This document shows positions 1 through 12,288 of a DNA stretch of 64,000 nt, in pieces. The position numbers and the translations under genes are program-made. The notes under the pieces were generated by a model, which was not told where the DNA came from, searched no databases, and saw nothing but the letters and a program-made list of their open reading frames with translations. Source of the stretch: Octopus vulgaris (Eukaryota); assembly GCA_951406725.2 (NCBI GenBank), contig OX597820.1, positions 58,838,001-58,902,000 on the forward strand, read 5' to 3'. Every line of letters begins with the position of its first letter. Within the stretch, counting starts at the first letter, position 1.

Positions 1-394
1 AAGGAGACAGTTCTATGTCTGGTGGCCGAAATGAAAGATATTATATGAAGCACATTACTGAAAGAACCGAAGACATCCACTTGCCTCTTTCGCCAAACCA
101 TCAAAATTCTCATGTTTTCTTTGGAGAGAAAAGCTGTTGGCGGAAAGAAAGGTATGGTTTCCAGTTAAGTTGTTAAGTGTTTGAGAATGGTAAGAATGGC
201 CCCAGTTAATAGACCTGTCCCCAGCCTGTTCTTGTGGGCTGAAATCACTGTCATGAGAATGTACTCTCCCTTAGAAGTCAAGATAGTTTTGGCTCTGTAG
301 GGTCCGTTAATCAACTCTTGGTGGCTTCTCCTTACTGGGAAATTTTCAATTCATTTCCTTTGTATATTTTGTATATTTGTTTTCTGTGTAAGTT

Positions 395-426
<32 letters not shown>

Positions 427-1368
427 TTCTACTATCATTCTTGATGTTGTCTTGTCCTTCTCGGTCTCATATCCACCGAACCAATGAAAGTGGCTGCTTG
501 AAAGAGTAATGAAATTTCCCTCAAATTACACATAACAAGACTCATTGAATAAAAGCACTCCCAGATATCACGTGTCTTCTGTTCGACACTTCCAGACACA
601 TTGTCAGAGAAAAGACTGAATTATCATGGCTGCTGTGTCCTTAATCATAGGAGTGCCCCTTCAAAATTTACCAGAAGATAAAAAGCAACAACAGCATCAT
701 CGTCGTCGTCGGAAGTAGCGTAACTTAACGCATAACTGCATCTCTCCTCTGTCTAGTTGTCTGTCTGTCTCTCTGGTTGTCTGCCTGTCTGCCTTCTGCG
801 TGCGTACCTGCCTACCTGCCTGCCTGTCTGCTTGCCTGTATAGCTTTGTCCGTGACTGTGTTCGACTGACCCCTGCCTGTTGTTCTCTATTATAACAAGA
901 TGTATTTAGCTTAATCAAAGCCTGACTGGTTTTCAATCAGCAATTTGGAATTTGTTTGAATTTTTCTTAAATGTGATGTGTAGTTCTTGGGACGATTGAT
1001 TAGATTTTCCATGGCGTCATGCCTCAGTTTGAAAGACCCCGTTATGTTGTTTATTAAAACCTGATTGAAAACAGAATCCAGGTTCAAATTGAGGTAGAGA
1101 CATGCTACAACTGCAATATCCTTACCATAACATTCCATCTTGGAATATTATATTATAATTTCTAATATTGGCAGAAGAGAACATCCACTTTGGAGAGAAC
1201 TGACTTTGTAACCTTCGATAGATGAACGGGAAAGGTGAGTTTGATAGCGTTTGAATGTAAAAGGCGAAGGGGTGTAACAACTGCAAGGAAGTTTATCCGT
1301 CACTTTCTTGAATTTACTAATCCACTGAATTAATAACTTTTTTGTTATAATATCATCTCTGGTTGCAG

Positions 1369-1563
1369 GTGCAATGGTACAATTATTTGGCTGAAACAAA
1401 ATACCACCTTCCTTATCAGAAAGACACTATAGCTTTTACTATAATTGGTCGACCTGATATGTTTGAGAAAGCATTTAAAACATTCGTATGTAACAACACC
1501 AGCAAGCCACATATTGATACTGACTACAAGTTTATCATGTTTTATATGAAGAAGATCCAACAG
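1369..1563 (+). CDS. MMACHC: MMACHC-like paralogue A, exon 2 (VQWYNYLAETKYHLPYQKDTIAFTIIGRPDMFEKAFKTFVC...MKKIQQ)
   Basis: ttgcag|GTG acceptor and CAG|gtaagc donor, phase 0/0, 195 nt (same as human exon 2). Matches human VAWYNELL..FHLP...TLAFLV..PAMFDRALKPF. Exon 1 not seen; probably upstream of the window. Confidence 0.88.
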
Positions 1564-1691
1564 GTAAGCTTTTGAACATAATCCAAGAGTTAATCTAAAC
1601 TCAAGCCAAATTTTCAATACAGAACGATAGAATGATAAAACTGCATATACACACATCTTTGATCCATTTAACAGAAAGAAAGTCTCTAGAC

Positions 1692-4597
1692 CAGGGGTGG
1701 GCAAACTACGGCCCGCCATAGGTTTTCATGCGGCCCGCCGAGAGCTTTTATGAATCCCAACGTCTATGCAGATACTTCGTAACTGTTTCAGTTGTACGGT
1801 AATTCACAATAGTTTGCATTTTATTTCAGTTCACTGTTTCGCGCCTTCACAAAATTGTCCGCTGTTTGTTTGTTTCAGCTACCGTGAAGCGATGAAAAAT
1901 TTCGAGAAATATTCCCATGACATCATAATAAAACACATTTCCGGGTGAAGATATCTTTTCTGTGTTTTCTCGTCAGACCCTACAAAAACAAAAATTAATA
2001 GAACAATGAAACAAGTATTGTAGCAATACAACGAGTCAATCGATATGCTTGAAACATTCAAATAAATAAATCACGTGATAGATGGTGAAGAGGGCATGAT
2101 GGACGATGCGTTCGTTCCAATGAAGAAGCCGGCCATGTTAATAAAAGGGCTTGAACCAGCTTTTTCTGGACACAGAGAGCTGTGGTTGGTTATCATTCAC
2201 TCTATCGATTATTTGAATTTAGTACAGACACGAGTGTTTCAAACTAGCTTTTGTTGTCTGATAAAATTTACCCAAAATGAGTTGTTCGAAGCTATCTAAA
2301 AAGCGAAACATTGAAGAGCAATGTCGTGTTTTTAATGAAAATTGCACTGAAAAGTATTTCTTTACCGACGTTGGAGTGAAAGCTGCATGTTTGATTTGTT
2401 CTGAAACAGTTGCTGTGTTCAAGGAATATAATTTGAAACGCCACTTTCAAACGAAGCACGCCAATTTTGGACACAATTTATCAAAACAAGAACTGCAAAA
2501 GAAAGCAAATGATCTGACAAAACGTTTGAAGCAACAGCAAAATGTGTTTGATAAAACTTCCTCTTTACAAAGGAACGCGACAAAAGCAAGTTTTATATTG
2601 GCCAACAAAATTGCAAAGCAAAACAAGTCATTCGCAGAAGCAGAATTTATCAAAGATTGTATGGTTGATGCTGTCAGCGTTGTGTGTTCTGAAGTTAAGT
2701 CAAAAGTAGAAGCCATTTCCCTGTCACGAAGAACTATTGTTCGTCGCATTGATGCAATTGCCGTGAATATTCATGAACAGCTGTTAACAGCCAGTGGTCG
2801 ATTTCAGTGGTTTTCTATTGCTTTAGATGAGAGTACTGATATTCAGGATACTGCTCAGTTACTCATTTACATCAGAGAAATTGACGAAAACTTTGAAATT
2901 ACAGAGGAATTGTTATCTATGGCGTCTCTCAAAGACACTACTACTGGAAAAGATTTGTTCAACAGTGTCATTAACAGTTCAATCAGGTCTGGATTAACCC
3001 TAAATAAACTGGCCAGCATTACAACCGATGGAGCTCCTTCACTCACCGGTAAACATTCCGGCCTTGTGAAGTTGTTGAATGACAAAATCAAAGATTTTCC
3101 ACTACACAGTGTGTTGTCTTTTCACTGCATCATACATCAAGAAAGCCTTTGTAAGTCATCTTTAAAACTCAAACATGTCATCGAACCTGTGGTGCGTGCA
3201 GTGAATTTAATAAGATCACGGAGATTGAAACACAGGCAATTCCGAAGTTTCTTGGAGGATGTGGAGGCTGATTTTACTGATGTGCTGTACTACACAAATG
3301 TCCGCTGGTTAAGCATTGGAAAAGTTCTTAAGAGAGTATGGGACCTCAAAGCAGAGATTCTTATGTTTCTCAAAATGCAAGACATCTCCTGTGACTTTTT
3401 AAACGAAATGGGGAGTGACGAATGGGTTTGTGATTTTGCATTTGCTGTGGACATAAATCAGAAGCTGAATGAACTTAACACAAAACTGCAAGTCAAAGGT
3501 ATATTTGCTCATGAATTGTACCTGGAAGTGAAAGCTTTTCAATGGAAGCTTGGACTTTTTACCAAGCAGCTGAATGAACAAAAATTTATTCACTTCCCTC
3601 TGCTGAAAACACAGTCTGTTACACAAGAATCATCGGACAAGTACAGTTCCCAGTTGATGGCTTTACAAAAGGAATTCATTAGAAGATTTGCTGATTTCAA
3701 GGCAGTTGAAGGCCTGTTCGATTTGCTTAACTCACCTCTTGCCTGTGACATTGAAACAACTACCGAGGAACTGCAGATAGAACTGATTCATTTGCAAGCT
3801 GACAATTCTTTAAAGATGATGTTTGAAAGTAAACCACTGGTCGAGTTTTATGCTTCTCTACATTCAAAAAAGTTTCAAGATCTAAAAAAATTTGCAAGAA
3901 AGATGTTTGTGTTGTTTGCATCAACTTACATATGTGAGCAGACTTTCTCCATCATGAAAATTAACAAGGGGAAGAATCGATCACTTCTCATAGACTCAAA
4001 TCTTCAGTCAGTGTTAAGAATCAGCACAAGCAACTTGACACCTAATTTTGACAAACTGGTAAATGACGGTAGTCAGTTGCATCATTCTCATTGACATTGT
4101 TATTTACAGAGCCGCTTTGTTTTTCAAATAAATGCTTCAGGTGACGTTTCTAATTTCAGATATCAATTCATATTAATAAACTGTTATTTCTCTTTAAAAT
4201 CTTTTATTTTGGGTATCCTAGAATTTAAGTATAATATTCATCATGGTTGTCCATAATATTAAGAGGAGGTTGTCCACAATTAGTGCAGATTTTACTAGGA
4301 AAATTCCGTTCCTGGCAATTTGTAAGCAATAACAGGCTGTCCAAAATAGCCGAGGTTCCTGTAATAATTTCAACTATAGGAGCAAATAACCGAAAAACAT
4401 GAACCCGATACTCTAAAAAATAAATTAAATCACTTAAACCAGGAATATTTCACAAAATTTCCTTTCAATCAATTGTATGTTTATAGGTCTATAACCGCCT
4501 TTAAAAATATTTTCACTTGATTTTTTATAAATGAGGCCCGCCAAGGTTCCAAAGACGCACTGTGCGGCCCGCGATCAAAAAAGTTCGCCCACCCCTG
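1692..4597 (+). mobile_element. hAT DNA transposon, Buster/Charlie/SPIN (GTF2IRD2-like) type, copy 1, both ends present
   Basis: TIRs CAGGGGTGGGCAAACT (1692) and AGTTCGCCCACCCCTG (ends 4597). The 8-bp flanks are CTCTAGAC and CCTTAGAC, which are not identical. Contains an uninterrupted 605-aa transposase ORF. Confidence 0.95.
2277..4094 (+). CDS. hAT transposase, 605 aa
   Basis: BED-like CLIC...HFQTKH zinc finger; catalytic LDES, TTDGA and CEQTFS; CxxH (HCIIHQ); VRWLS; C-terminal hAT dimerisation region. Confidence 0.93.
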   Translation: MSCSKLSKKRNIEEQCRVFNENCTEKYFFTDVGVKAACLICSETVAVFKEYNLKRHFQTKHANFGHNLSKQELQKKANDLTKRLKQQQNVFDKTSSLQRNATKASFILANKIAKQNKSFAEAEFIKDCMVDAVSVVCSEVKSKVEAISLSRRTIVRRIDAIAVNIHEQLLTASGRFQWFSIALDESTDIQDTAQLLIYIREIDENFEITEELLSMASLKDTTTGKDLFNSVINSSIRSGLTLNKLASITTDGAPSLTGKHSGLVKLLNDKIKDFPLHSVLSFHCIIHQESLCKSSLKLKHVIEPVVRAVNLIRSRRLKHRQFRSFLEDVEADFTDVLYYTNVRWLSIGKVLKRVWDLKAEILMFLKMQDISCDFLNEMGSDEWVCDFAFAVDINQKLNELNTKLQVKGIFAHELYLEVKAFQWKLGLFTKQLNEQKFIHFPLLKTQSVTQESSDKYSSQLMALQKEFIRRFADFKAVEGLFDLLNSPLACDIETTTEELQIELIHLQADNSLKMMFESKPLVEFYASLHSKKFQDLKKFARKMFVLFASTYICEQTFSIMKINKGKNRSLLIDSNLQSVLRISTSNLTPNFDKLVNDGSQLHHSH

Positions 4598-4695
4598 CCT
4601 TAGACACTCCAAAAGGCAATATCCATCATTGCTACAACTGTTTCTTTTACAGTTACAAATATTATCTAATTCCGTCCACTTTCTTTATATTTCAG

Positions 4696-5037
4696 ACAAT
4701 TTATGGTGTTGCTATTCATCCACTGTATGGAGGATGGGTTAGATTCCCAGGTGTCATCGTATTTAAGAATGTTAAACTACCCAGAAATTTCCGTTGTCGG
4801 TCACCCCCAGACGTGATTCCTAGCATCAAAAAAAGAATAAAATTATTAAATGAATACAATAATGACTGGGCGAGTTGGAAATTCGCAGATATCATTCCAG
4901 TGGTGAAGAAATATACTCCAGAAGCAAAAGCATACTTTTCGATATTTGGAAAAAAGCGCGAAGAATTCGTAAAGGATGTCAAAAAGTATTGCACCAATTC
5001 TATGCCGAAGTTCGAAAGATACGTTAAAGTGGTTTAA
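4696..5037 (+). CDS. MMACHC: MMACHC-like terminal exon 4 (TIYGVAIHPLYGGWVRFPGVIVF...YVKVV*), assigned to paralogue B
   Basis: ttcag|ACA acceptor, phase 0. Matches human RISGVCIHPRFGGWF...RI.LL..FN.HW..W...Y..E.KAYFS.....R. Much closer to paralogue C exon 4 than to the exon at 10786. Confidence 0.88.
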   Translation, partial: TIYGVAIHPLYGGWVRFPGVIVFKNVKLPRNFRCRSPPDVIPSIKKRIKLLNEYNNDWASWKFADIIPVVKKYTPEAKAYFSIFGKKREEFVKDVKKYCTNSMPKFERYVKVV

Positions 5038-5099
5038 TTATTAACTAGTGTTTCACTAACTTCAAATATCAACTAGCATTTATGATTTCCTTACTAATG

Positions 5100-5882
5100 G
5101 TACTCTTTTACTTGTTTCATTCATTTGACTGTGGCCATGCTGGAGCACCGCCTTTAGTCGAGCAAATTGACCCCAGGACTCATTCTATCGGTCTCTTTTA
5201 CCGAACCGCTAAGTTACGGGGACGTAAACACCAGCATCGGTTGTCAAGCGATGTTGGGGGAGGGGACAAACACAGACACACAAACATACACACACACACA
5301 TATATATATATATACATAATTAATCAATATAGGGTGGCAAAAAAAATTTTCTTAGAATTTATTTGCCACCAGCGGCCTAGTGGGAAAAAATTAAATAGTC
5401 ATAGACCATTTATAAGTTCAACATCACAATCAAGGAATGGCCATAATAGGTCATTCACCCACTAGAAATAACAGCCAAAGCTTCAACCGCAAAATAACAT
5501 TAATTCCGCAAACCAGGAGAAAGTTAAAAAAAACATTTACCCTGTAATTTCTTATACGATGCACCGTTTCATCTATTGTTTAATGGTAAACTAACCTGAT
5601 TAAATTAAATCAAGCCAATCTTCCATAGGCCGATAGATTCGTCAGTAAGAAACAGCCAAGTTCCGAGCAGATATTATCACGAGGCAACTCTATCCCTGCC
5701 TCGGCAATATCTGACCTAAAATTTTCAAATCATCGCACTGGAGTGCCAAATCCACTCAGAAGGCTTTGGTCGGTTCGAAGCTATAGTAGAAGACACTTGG
5801 CCAAGGTGCCACGCAGTGGGACTGAACCCGGAACCATGTAGTTGGTAAGCAAGCTACTTACCACACAGCCAGTCCTACGCCT
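5100..5882 (-). mobile_element. tRNA-derived SINE family 1, split by an unrelated insertion (about 5320-5745)
   Basis: Head GGCGTAGGACTGGCTGTGTGGTAAGTAGC at the right end and tail ...CAGTCAAATGAATGAAACAAGTAAAAGAG at the left end. Same family at 19755, 23497, 33100 and 54300. Confidence 0.75.
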
Positions 5883-7190
5883 ATCTATATTTAGTAAAAA
5901 ATTGTTTCTTGCATATCTCCTCTTCACTATAATTCTCTTGCATTTATAAAAATAGGATCACATGCGGTCGTATCGTGTAAGAGACACGGTCGCACGTGGT
6001 CATATTCTTAATGAAATATTACAGACCACATAATACATGCAGCGGCAATAGAACACACGTGGAATGACAACAATATTTCTTTTTGAGATATATACATTAT
6101 TTATTTTACATATTTTACAATCATGTTGGTTGGAAGTTTGTAAGTGTTAGCATGTTTTTGTGTCTGTGTGTTCGTGAGGCATAAAAGGTACTGACCAGAG
6201 GAATAACAATGGAATTTAGTTCACAGTTCATGTTGTTGGTATCAGCCTAGCAACAGGTAGTAGCAGATGGCTTAAGGTAGTTCTTAGAAGAACTAGAACT
6301 CAAGACAGATAATTGATTTACCGTTTATGAGGTACACGGTGTGTAAGCGTTCCATATCAAGATGTTGCGTCTCGTAGTTGAGATTAATTGAATCACTTGT
6401 TGTGTTTATCTTTCTCTTGATATGAATATACTTCCAGATATATTAACTGTAGCCGTTTTTCCCGTGGTGAGATTTTCACCTAACCGCTATAGCTGAATCT
6501 GTAGTTGTCTTGTGTACAAATTAAATCTTCGATGTTTGGCGATGAGTTGTGACTGTCGCTTGGTTTTTGCTGCGTCTTCATATAAAACCTGTGCTTTCAT
6601 ATGATTACTGGCCATATCGATTCGGCCTGTCATTGGGTATTAGTCACGGGGAGTCAGAGGGTAGTAATGATCCTGGGTTTGTATATCTAAAAGAAATAAT
6701 ACTCTTACAGACAGGTGAAATTATTATTATTATTGATTCAGAAATATATCTAAAATTCGTGGACAGGAGGGCAATAACTATCAGCTTAAAATTCAAACCA
6801 TATTTGAACTTTTATACGGCTGCAAGTCCTTCCGTGTCCGTAGTGGATCAGAATTTTCAAAACAACCATTATGGATTTCTGCAAGTTCCTTCCTGTTCAG
6901 TGCACATTTGTGTGTGCGCGCATATGTGTGTATCCCCGAAGCATACCGTACATCCTCGAGTATAATCCGCAAAATTCCCCAAAATTTAAAGGTCAAAATC
7001 CCTAGTGCGTACTATTTACGAGGTTAAAAATGAAAGATATTTCGAAGAAATGCCCAAGTCTCTATTTGCTGTCCGGCAATGTTTATTCAGATGCATTTTT
7101 TATATTTTACATTTTTATATTTTACATTTTTATATTTTTATATTTATATGTATATGGTTAAATAATCTTTTTCACAATTATAACAAATTT

Positions 7191-7306
7191 AATTCTCTGA
7201 AGAGGCCGTGGGGCATCCTTGTTAATGCCTCATTTATACCTGCCTTTATGGCTTATAGGTTAAATGAGGTATGACAGCCCTCACTGCCGAAACAGCTGTC
7301 AGATTT
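7191..7306 (+). ncRNA. Type I hammerhead ribozyme motif (Penelope-associated type), long stem II
   Basis: aattct-CTGAAGA-ggc[...gcctcattta...taaatgaggt...]gcc-GAAA-cagctg-TC-agattt; palindromic stem III. Confidence 0.7.
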
Positions 7307-7486
7307 GATTTAATTACATATTATATTTGAAATTTTATACTTATATCTCTTTGTCTATTTACTTTTACTGTATATTTTGTATAATGCCTTTACTGATATG
7401 TAATGGTGTAATAAAGTATTGATTGGGTATCATCTGATGGTTGATGTTTTATTGATTTAAGTATGTTTCTCCATTTTCTAATTTTG

Positions 7487-7528
<42 letters not shown>

Positions 7529-7582
7529 ATATTTCGGTACTCCAGCAATGGCTTCAGTCAAATGACTGAAATGAATAAAAGA

Positions 7583-7626
<44 letters not shown>

Positions 7627-8059
7627 TAAGGCTACCATTGGTTTCATGTCAAGAAGAGTTGGATATCTAAATATCTTAACAATTCTCAATCCCATCACAT
7701 GGATAAAAGTGGTTCGCCTCAATTTTGGTAAACAATCTTGTTTCATTCAAGGATTCACTCATAAGTTAGCGTAAATAAAACAACGAAACAATGAATCAAG
7801 GGGCGCTACTCTAGAAGGCATTTCTTTGAGTATGTCTCCCTTGTGTTTTCCATATTTGTATGATCTAAGCAAGGTGTTTTGTGCTTGTATGTTGGGGCTA
7901 ATCCTTCTTTGTGTGGAATTTTTGATATTTCTTCTTTATTGTGTGAAGTTTGTGTTCTATGTGTGTTTACGTATGTAGAGCTGCTATCCTGGCAGGGTTG
8001 CCCTTGTTTGTAGTTATCCACGTTTATAGGGGGGGGGGGGGTCTTCTGTTAAGTATTTT

Positions 8060-8330
8060 AGAGTAAAATATTGCTTATGTGAAGGTTTCATATCTAATGT
8101 TTAAGATGTTGCCTGTTGTTTGAATAATATTTAATTTTCAGTAATGCAGAGTTCACATTTGGTGCCCCGTCCTCTGTATCTTTTTTTTTTCTTTTTTTTT
8201 TTGGCTTTAGCAATGATTTTTCATTCTATCTGGGGGTGTTTCCCCAGACAGACATTATCTTATCCACTGATGGACATTGAAAGATGGTTTGAAGAAGCCT
8301 AATTTCTCAAGATTGGTATTTAGGCAGAGT
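8060..8330 (-). mobile_element. Degenerate Penelope-like element, GIY-YIG C-terminal fragment
   Basis: Minus-strand remnant KIIAKAK...YRGRGTKCELCITE, resembling the PLE W.I...Y....C.LC..EK motif. Confidence 0.5.
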
Positions 8331-8334
8331 GTTA

Positions 8335-9505
8335 TACATATCCCAGGGCCCCATTAATTACAAGTATAAACCTGAACTTGTAATCTGGATATAGAGTAAC
8401 TACAGATTTCTCAATAATTCAGCTCAGATATTCTCTTTTTCACTGATCTTCAGCTTTATGCTAACATCCGCTGGTCAGCTAATTTCCACAACTGTACACA
8501 GCTTCTCTTCTTTATCCCAAATCCTTATATCAGGTGTGTTGTGCTTACATTTTATTGAGGTCTTCACTGAGACATTCCACCAGTACTCCTTTTAGTATGA
8601 GTGGCTATGGCTTCTACCATACTGTGGGTCCTTATTTGTTTGTCCTTGGGGTTATCCTTCCGACGGATTTCATTATAGAATGTCCTAGCTACAACATCAC
8701 GTCTCAAAGAGAGATAATACCGTGATGACATTTTCAAACAACTACTTATGATGTGGGTGATATCTTTGCTGTTATCTCCACAACGTCTGCATCGGTTGTC
8801 ACATTTTACTGCTTTTCCTGCATCTCTATCCCGTTTGTGCATCAGGTATTTGGTTCATATTTCCTGTTCCTAGATTGCAAACGCATATCCTTCAAAGTGG
8901 GAGGTAGTAATCCGCCTATTGGTCCATAATAGACTGCTTTGATGATCAATGTTACTATCATCTCGGAGCTTTCTACTAACATATCTATGCATAGTCTTCT
9001 GCTCATATAAGCTCATCTTTTCATCTGATGATACGTTGCGGTAGAGTCGTGCGACTTCTTTGGGCATGTGTTCTAGGTAATGAGACAAGGAATGTTGCTC
9101 AAGGACTGCCTTCCAGCTCTTACGATGTTATCAGCTTCATGTATGCAAACTTGGTCAAGGGATGCACTTCGACACTTGGTGATTAAAAGATGTTGCCGAA
9201 GGGATATGATACGACATTCAAAGGTATTTTGGATTGATGTTAAAGCCTCTGCTGCCTTGTTTTCGTTTTAGGTAGAAGCGGTCTACGTTACTGTTTATGT
9301 GGAAATTATGTGTGCTTGTTAGTATTTTTCGGATTTTCACGTCAATGGCTCGGATCTCATCAAACGTCTAATCAAGCAGCCCAAATGTTGGTATGAGTAC
9401 TGGAACTGCAAACACATTGTGGGCTATTATTTTATTGAATGCAGAGAGTTCTGGGGTCCAAATTTCCTTTATTCAGCTGTAATATTCTTTAGTGACACGT
9501 GTTTT
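8335..9505 (-). mobile_element. Degenerate R4/Dong-like non-LTR retrotransposon (RT C-terminus, CCHC, RLE)
   Basis: EGYAFAI.EQEI, CRRC...HIISSC, R.D and P.I motifs with stops and frameshifts. Confidence 0.75.
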
Positions 9506-9600
9506 ATTACAGGTGCCATTGTATGTATGTATGTATGTATGTATGTATGTATATATGTATGTGTAGGTAGGTAGGTAGGTTGGTAGGTAGGTAGGAATGC

Positions 9601-10004
9601 GGCGATCTCGCAGAATCGTTAGCACGCCGGACGAAATGCTTAGCGGTATTTCGTCTGCCCCTACGTTCTGAGTTCAAATTCCGCCGAGGCTGACTTTGCC
9701 TTTCATCCTTTCGGGGTCGATTAAATAAGCACCAGTTACGCACTGGGGGTCGATGTAATCGACTTAATACCTATGTCTGTCCTTGTTTGTTCCCTCTGTG
9801 TTTAGCCCCTTGTGGGTAATAAAGAAATAGGTATTTCGTCTGCCCCTACGTTCTGAGTTCAAATTCCGCCGGGGCTGACTTTGCCTTTCATCCTTTCGGG
9901 GTCGATTAAATAAGTACTAGTTACGCACTGGGGTCGATATAATCGACTTAATACCTATGTCTGTCCTCTCTGTGTTTAGCCCCTTGTGGCTAGTAAAGAA
10001 ATAG
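9601..10004 (+). mobile_element. SINE family 2 with a tandemly repeated body+tail unit
   Basis: GGCGATCTCGCAGAATCGTTAGC head, GCCTTTCATCCTTTCGGGGTCGA central block, ...AGCCCCTTGTGGGTAATAAAGAAA tail; the body is repeated. Same family at 49826 and 55220. Confidence 0.8.
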
Positions 10005-10411
10005 GTAGGTACGTAGGTACGATTGCGTATGATTGTATATATGTGTGTGTGTATAAATAAATAAATATGTATGTATGAATGTATGTGTGCATGTTAACTC
10101 AGTATTGAGGATTCTGTTGTTTCATGTAACCGTTGAGATTCGATTTGCGACCTGAAAGTAAGTATTGAGTGCACAAGAGAAAGTGACTGTGAACTGTCTT
10201 AAAGGAGAAAATTGAGATTACGAGAAAACGCAATTTTATTCATTTGCACAACACTGCCATTTCTCAAAATGATTTGAAATAAAATACGATATTTCTTTTC
10301 GTGGTTTGGCTTGGTTTGCATCATTGGATTTCTGAAAGAGTTACTATTCTTTTAATGTTATAACTATTATGAGGAATTTGGAAGAAAATCTTTAGAATTT
10401 ACTTTCAAGCT

Positions 10412-10786
10412 TCATAGACACAAACAAAATCCCCCAAAAGGTATAAAGGCTGGAAGAATATTCTTAAAGTAATACGCGAATCGCACTTCTTTGCATGAAT
10501 GTTTCGTTTCTCTAACTATTGAAATTGTCTGACTTAATTTTGAAGAGAAATATTGTTTTGCTTCCTCAGAAAACGGTTGCCTTCCCGGCATAAAAGAAGC
10601 ATGTCGCCATTCCATAGTACCATTGTGAAGTGACTGTAGAATATAACTTCTAGGTTCATGAGATGGAAGGGCATCGAATGGGAGAGGATAAAGAAGACTG
10701 GGCAGTTTGAAATCTGGAAAAACAATCACTGCTGGGACAGTAAACCATGCGCCATACTTGTGATGGACTGCAAATTCAAGTGGCTT
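10412..10786 (-). CDS. MMACHC: MMACHC-like paralogue A, terminal exon 4 (KPLEFAVHHKYGAWFTVPAVIVFPD...FSEEAKQYFSS...CLCL*)
   Basis: tttacag|AAG acceptor, phase 0. Matches H..YG.WF, P.D.LP and SEE.K.YFS of human exon 4. Confidence 0.82.
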   Translation of the reverse strand, partial: KPLEFAVHHKYGAWFTVPAVIVFPDFKLPSLLYPLPFDALPSHEPRSYILQSLHNGTMEWRHASFMPGRQPFSEEAKQYFSSKLSQTISIVRETKHSCKEVRFAYYFKNILPAFIPFGGFCLCL

Positions 10787-12171
10787 CTGTAAATAGACGA
10801 GAAAACATCATGAGGACACATAATATTAATTTCTGGCCATTTTTAAAAAAATTATTATCTAATCTTTGGTGTTGACGTCACCGATTTTTTTAATTATGAA
10901 GAATGATAAAATAAATTCCATTTTTGCCAGCGTAAAAGTATAAAAGTATAAAATAATTGTTTTGACAATATAAAGCTCAAAGGTACAAAGGTAAAGACAG
11001 GGCCAGCCTAAACTTACCACCTACCCTCATTCTTCTGTGAAAAAAATAAGTTGACACGCCCAATTACCAAGGGCTTAAATACTGGGCTGTGTACCTTAGA
11101 TATTATATTGTCAAGCGAAAGGATTAAATGCAGTAATGCCAAAAGCGCCCAAAATGCTTTCAAACCTTGTGCCCACTTATCTAAAGAGAAACACCTACAA
11201 GCTTGTTTACCAATTGCTATACGCATGAATAAATTCCAAACACTAACATATCCCCAAATTTAATCAATGAAAAATTTTCCAAAACCCCTTTCCATAACAA
11301 CTGACTACAAAAACCTAATTACTATTCACTAGAGTAGCGGGTGGGGGCGGTTCGCCCCGGGCGGCACTTTTAAAGAGGTGGCACTTTTGGGTCTGCTGTA
11401 GGCTATAGATGATTTGAACTCAACAGAAACTATATAAAAGCAAGACCGACGATGGGTTGGCTGGCCGAAACTTCGAAGTCGCTGTCAACAACATTCTTGT
11501 GTAAGAATACAAAATTTGCACTTTACAAAAGAATGGAGTGACCCATCAGATTAATATGAAATTGATTTTATTATAACTGAACATAAAAACAAACACTAAT
11601 ATATGTACATACATGCGCGTGTGTGTGTGTGTGTGTGTGGACGGCGAATTTCGAAATAAACATGTCGTGCTAAAGCAATCCTTCAAATTTCTCAATTCAT
11701 TTTAAAAACTTTATTCTCACCAGAGAGAATTGTATGATGTTGAGGTCATAAGAAGTTAAAAACTTCGAGAACGTGAAATAATTCCTTTTAGTCTCGAAGC
11801 AAATGCAGCTACAAATAATAGCGTTTAAATACTGGGTTAAAACAGCTATGGGTAGAAAAGTCCCACGAGGAGCCTTAAACTTTTTCTATCCGAAGGAGTT
11901 CTAATCTAATATTCACACTCTATAATTTATAGCTTTATGTGCTTCGAGATTCACTTTGCAATCCTGTCATCTTTCAGGCTCGTACACATTACACTACACA
12001 AGCATGTTCGATTACTGTATTATCCGAGTGTGACACTCATTGTAGCTCGCAAATAAATATTGTTTATTAAATATTTATCTCTCGTTGGATGGAATATATA
12101 TTTGTAGATACAGCCAATAATGGAACGGTACACACATACATACATACATACATACATACGTACATACATGC

Positions 12172-12206
<35 letters not shown>

Positions 12207-12288
12207 TTATTTGAGCGAATAAAATCCAAACTTACAAGGAAAAAGAATTCAATTAGAAATATTAAATCAAATTCCACACAATATAATA

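Noticed and set aside
911-1399. Minus-strand ORFs upstream of A exon 2 as exon 1 or another gene
   Set aside because: No recognisable motif or splice pattern; probably a decayed repeat.
2277-4094. Domesticated GTF2IRD2/EPM2AIP1-like host gene
   Set aside because: Bounded by TIRs and present as a second near-identical copy, so it is a transposon.
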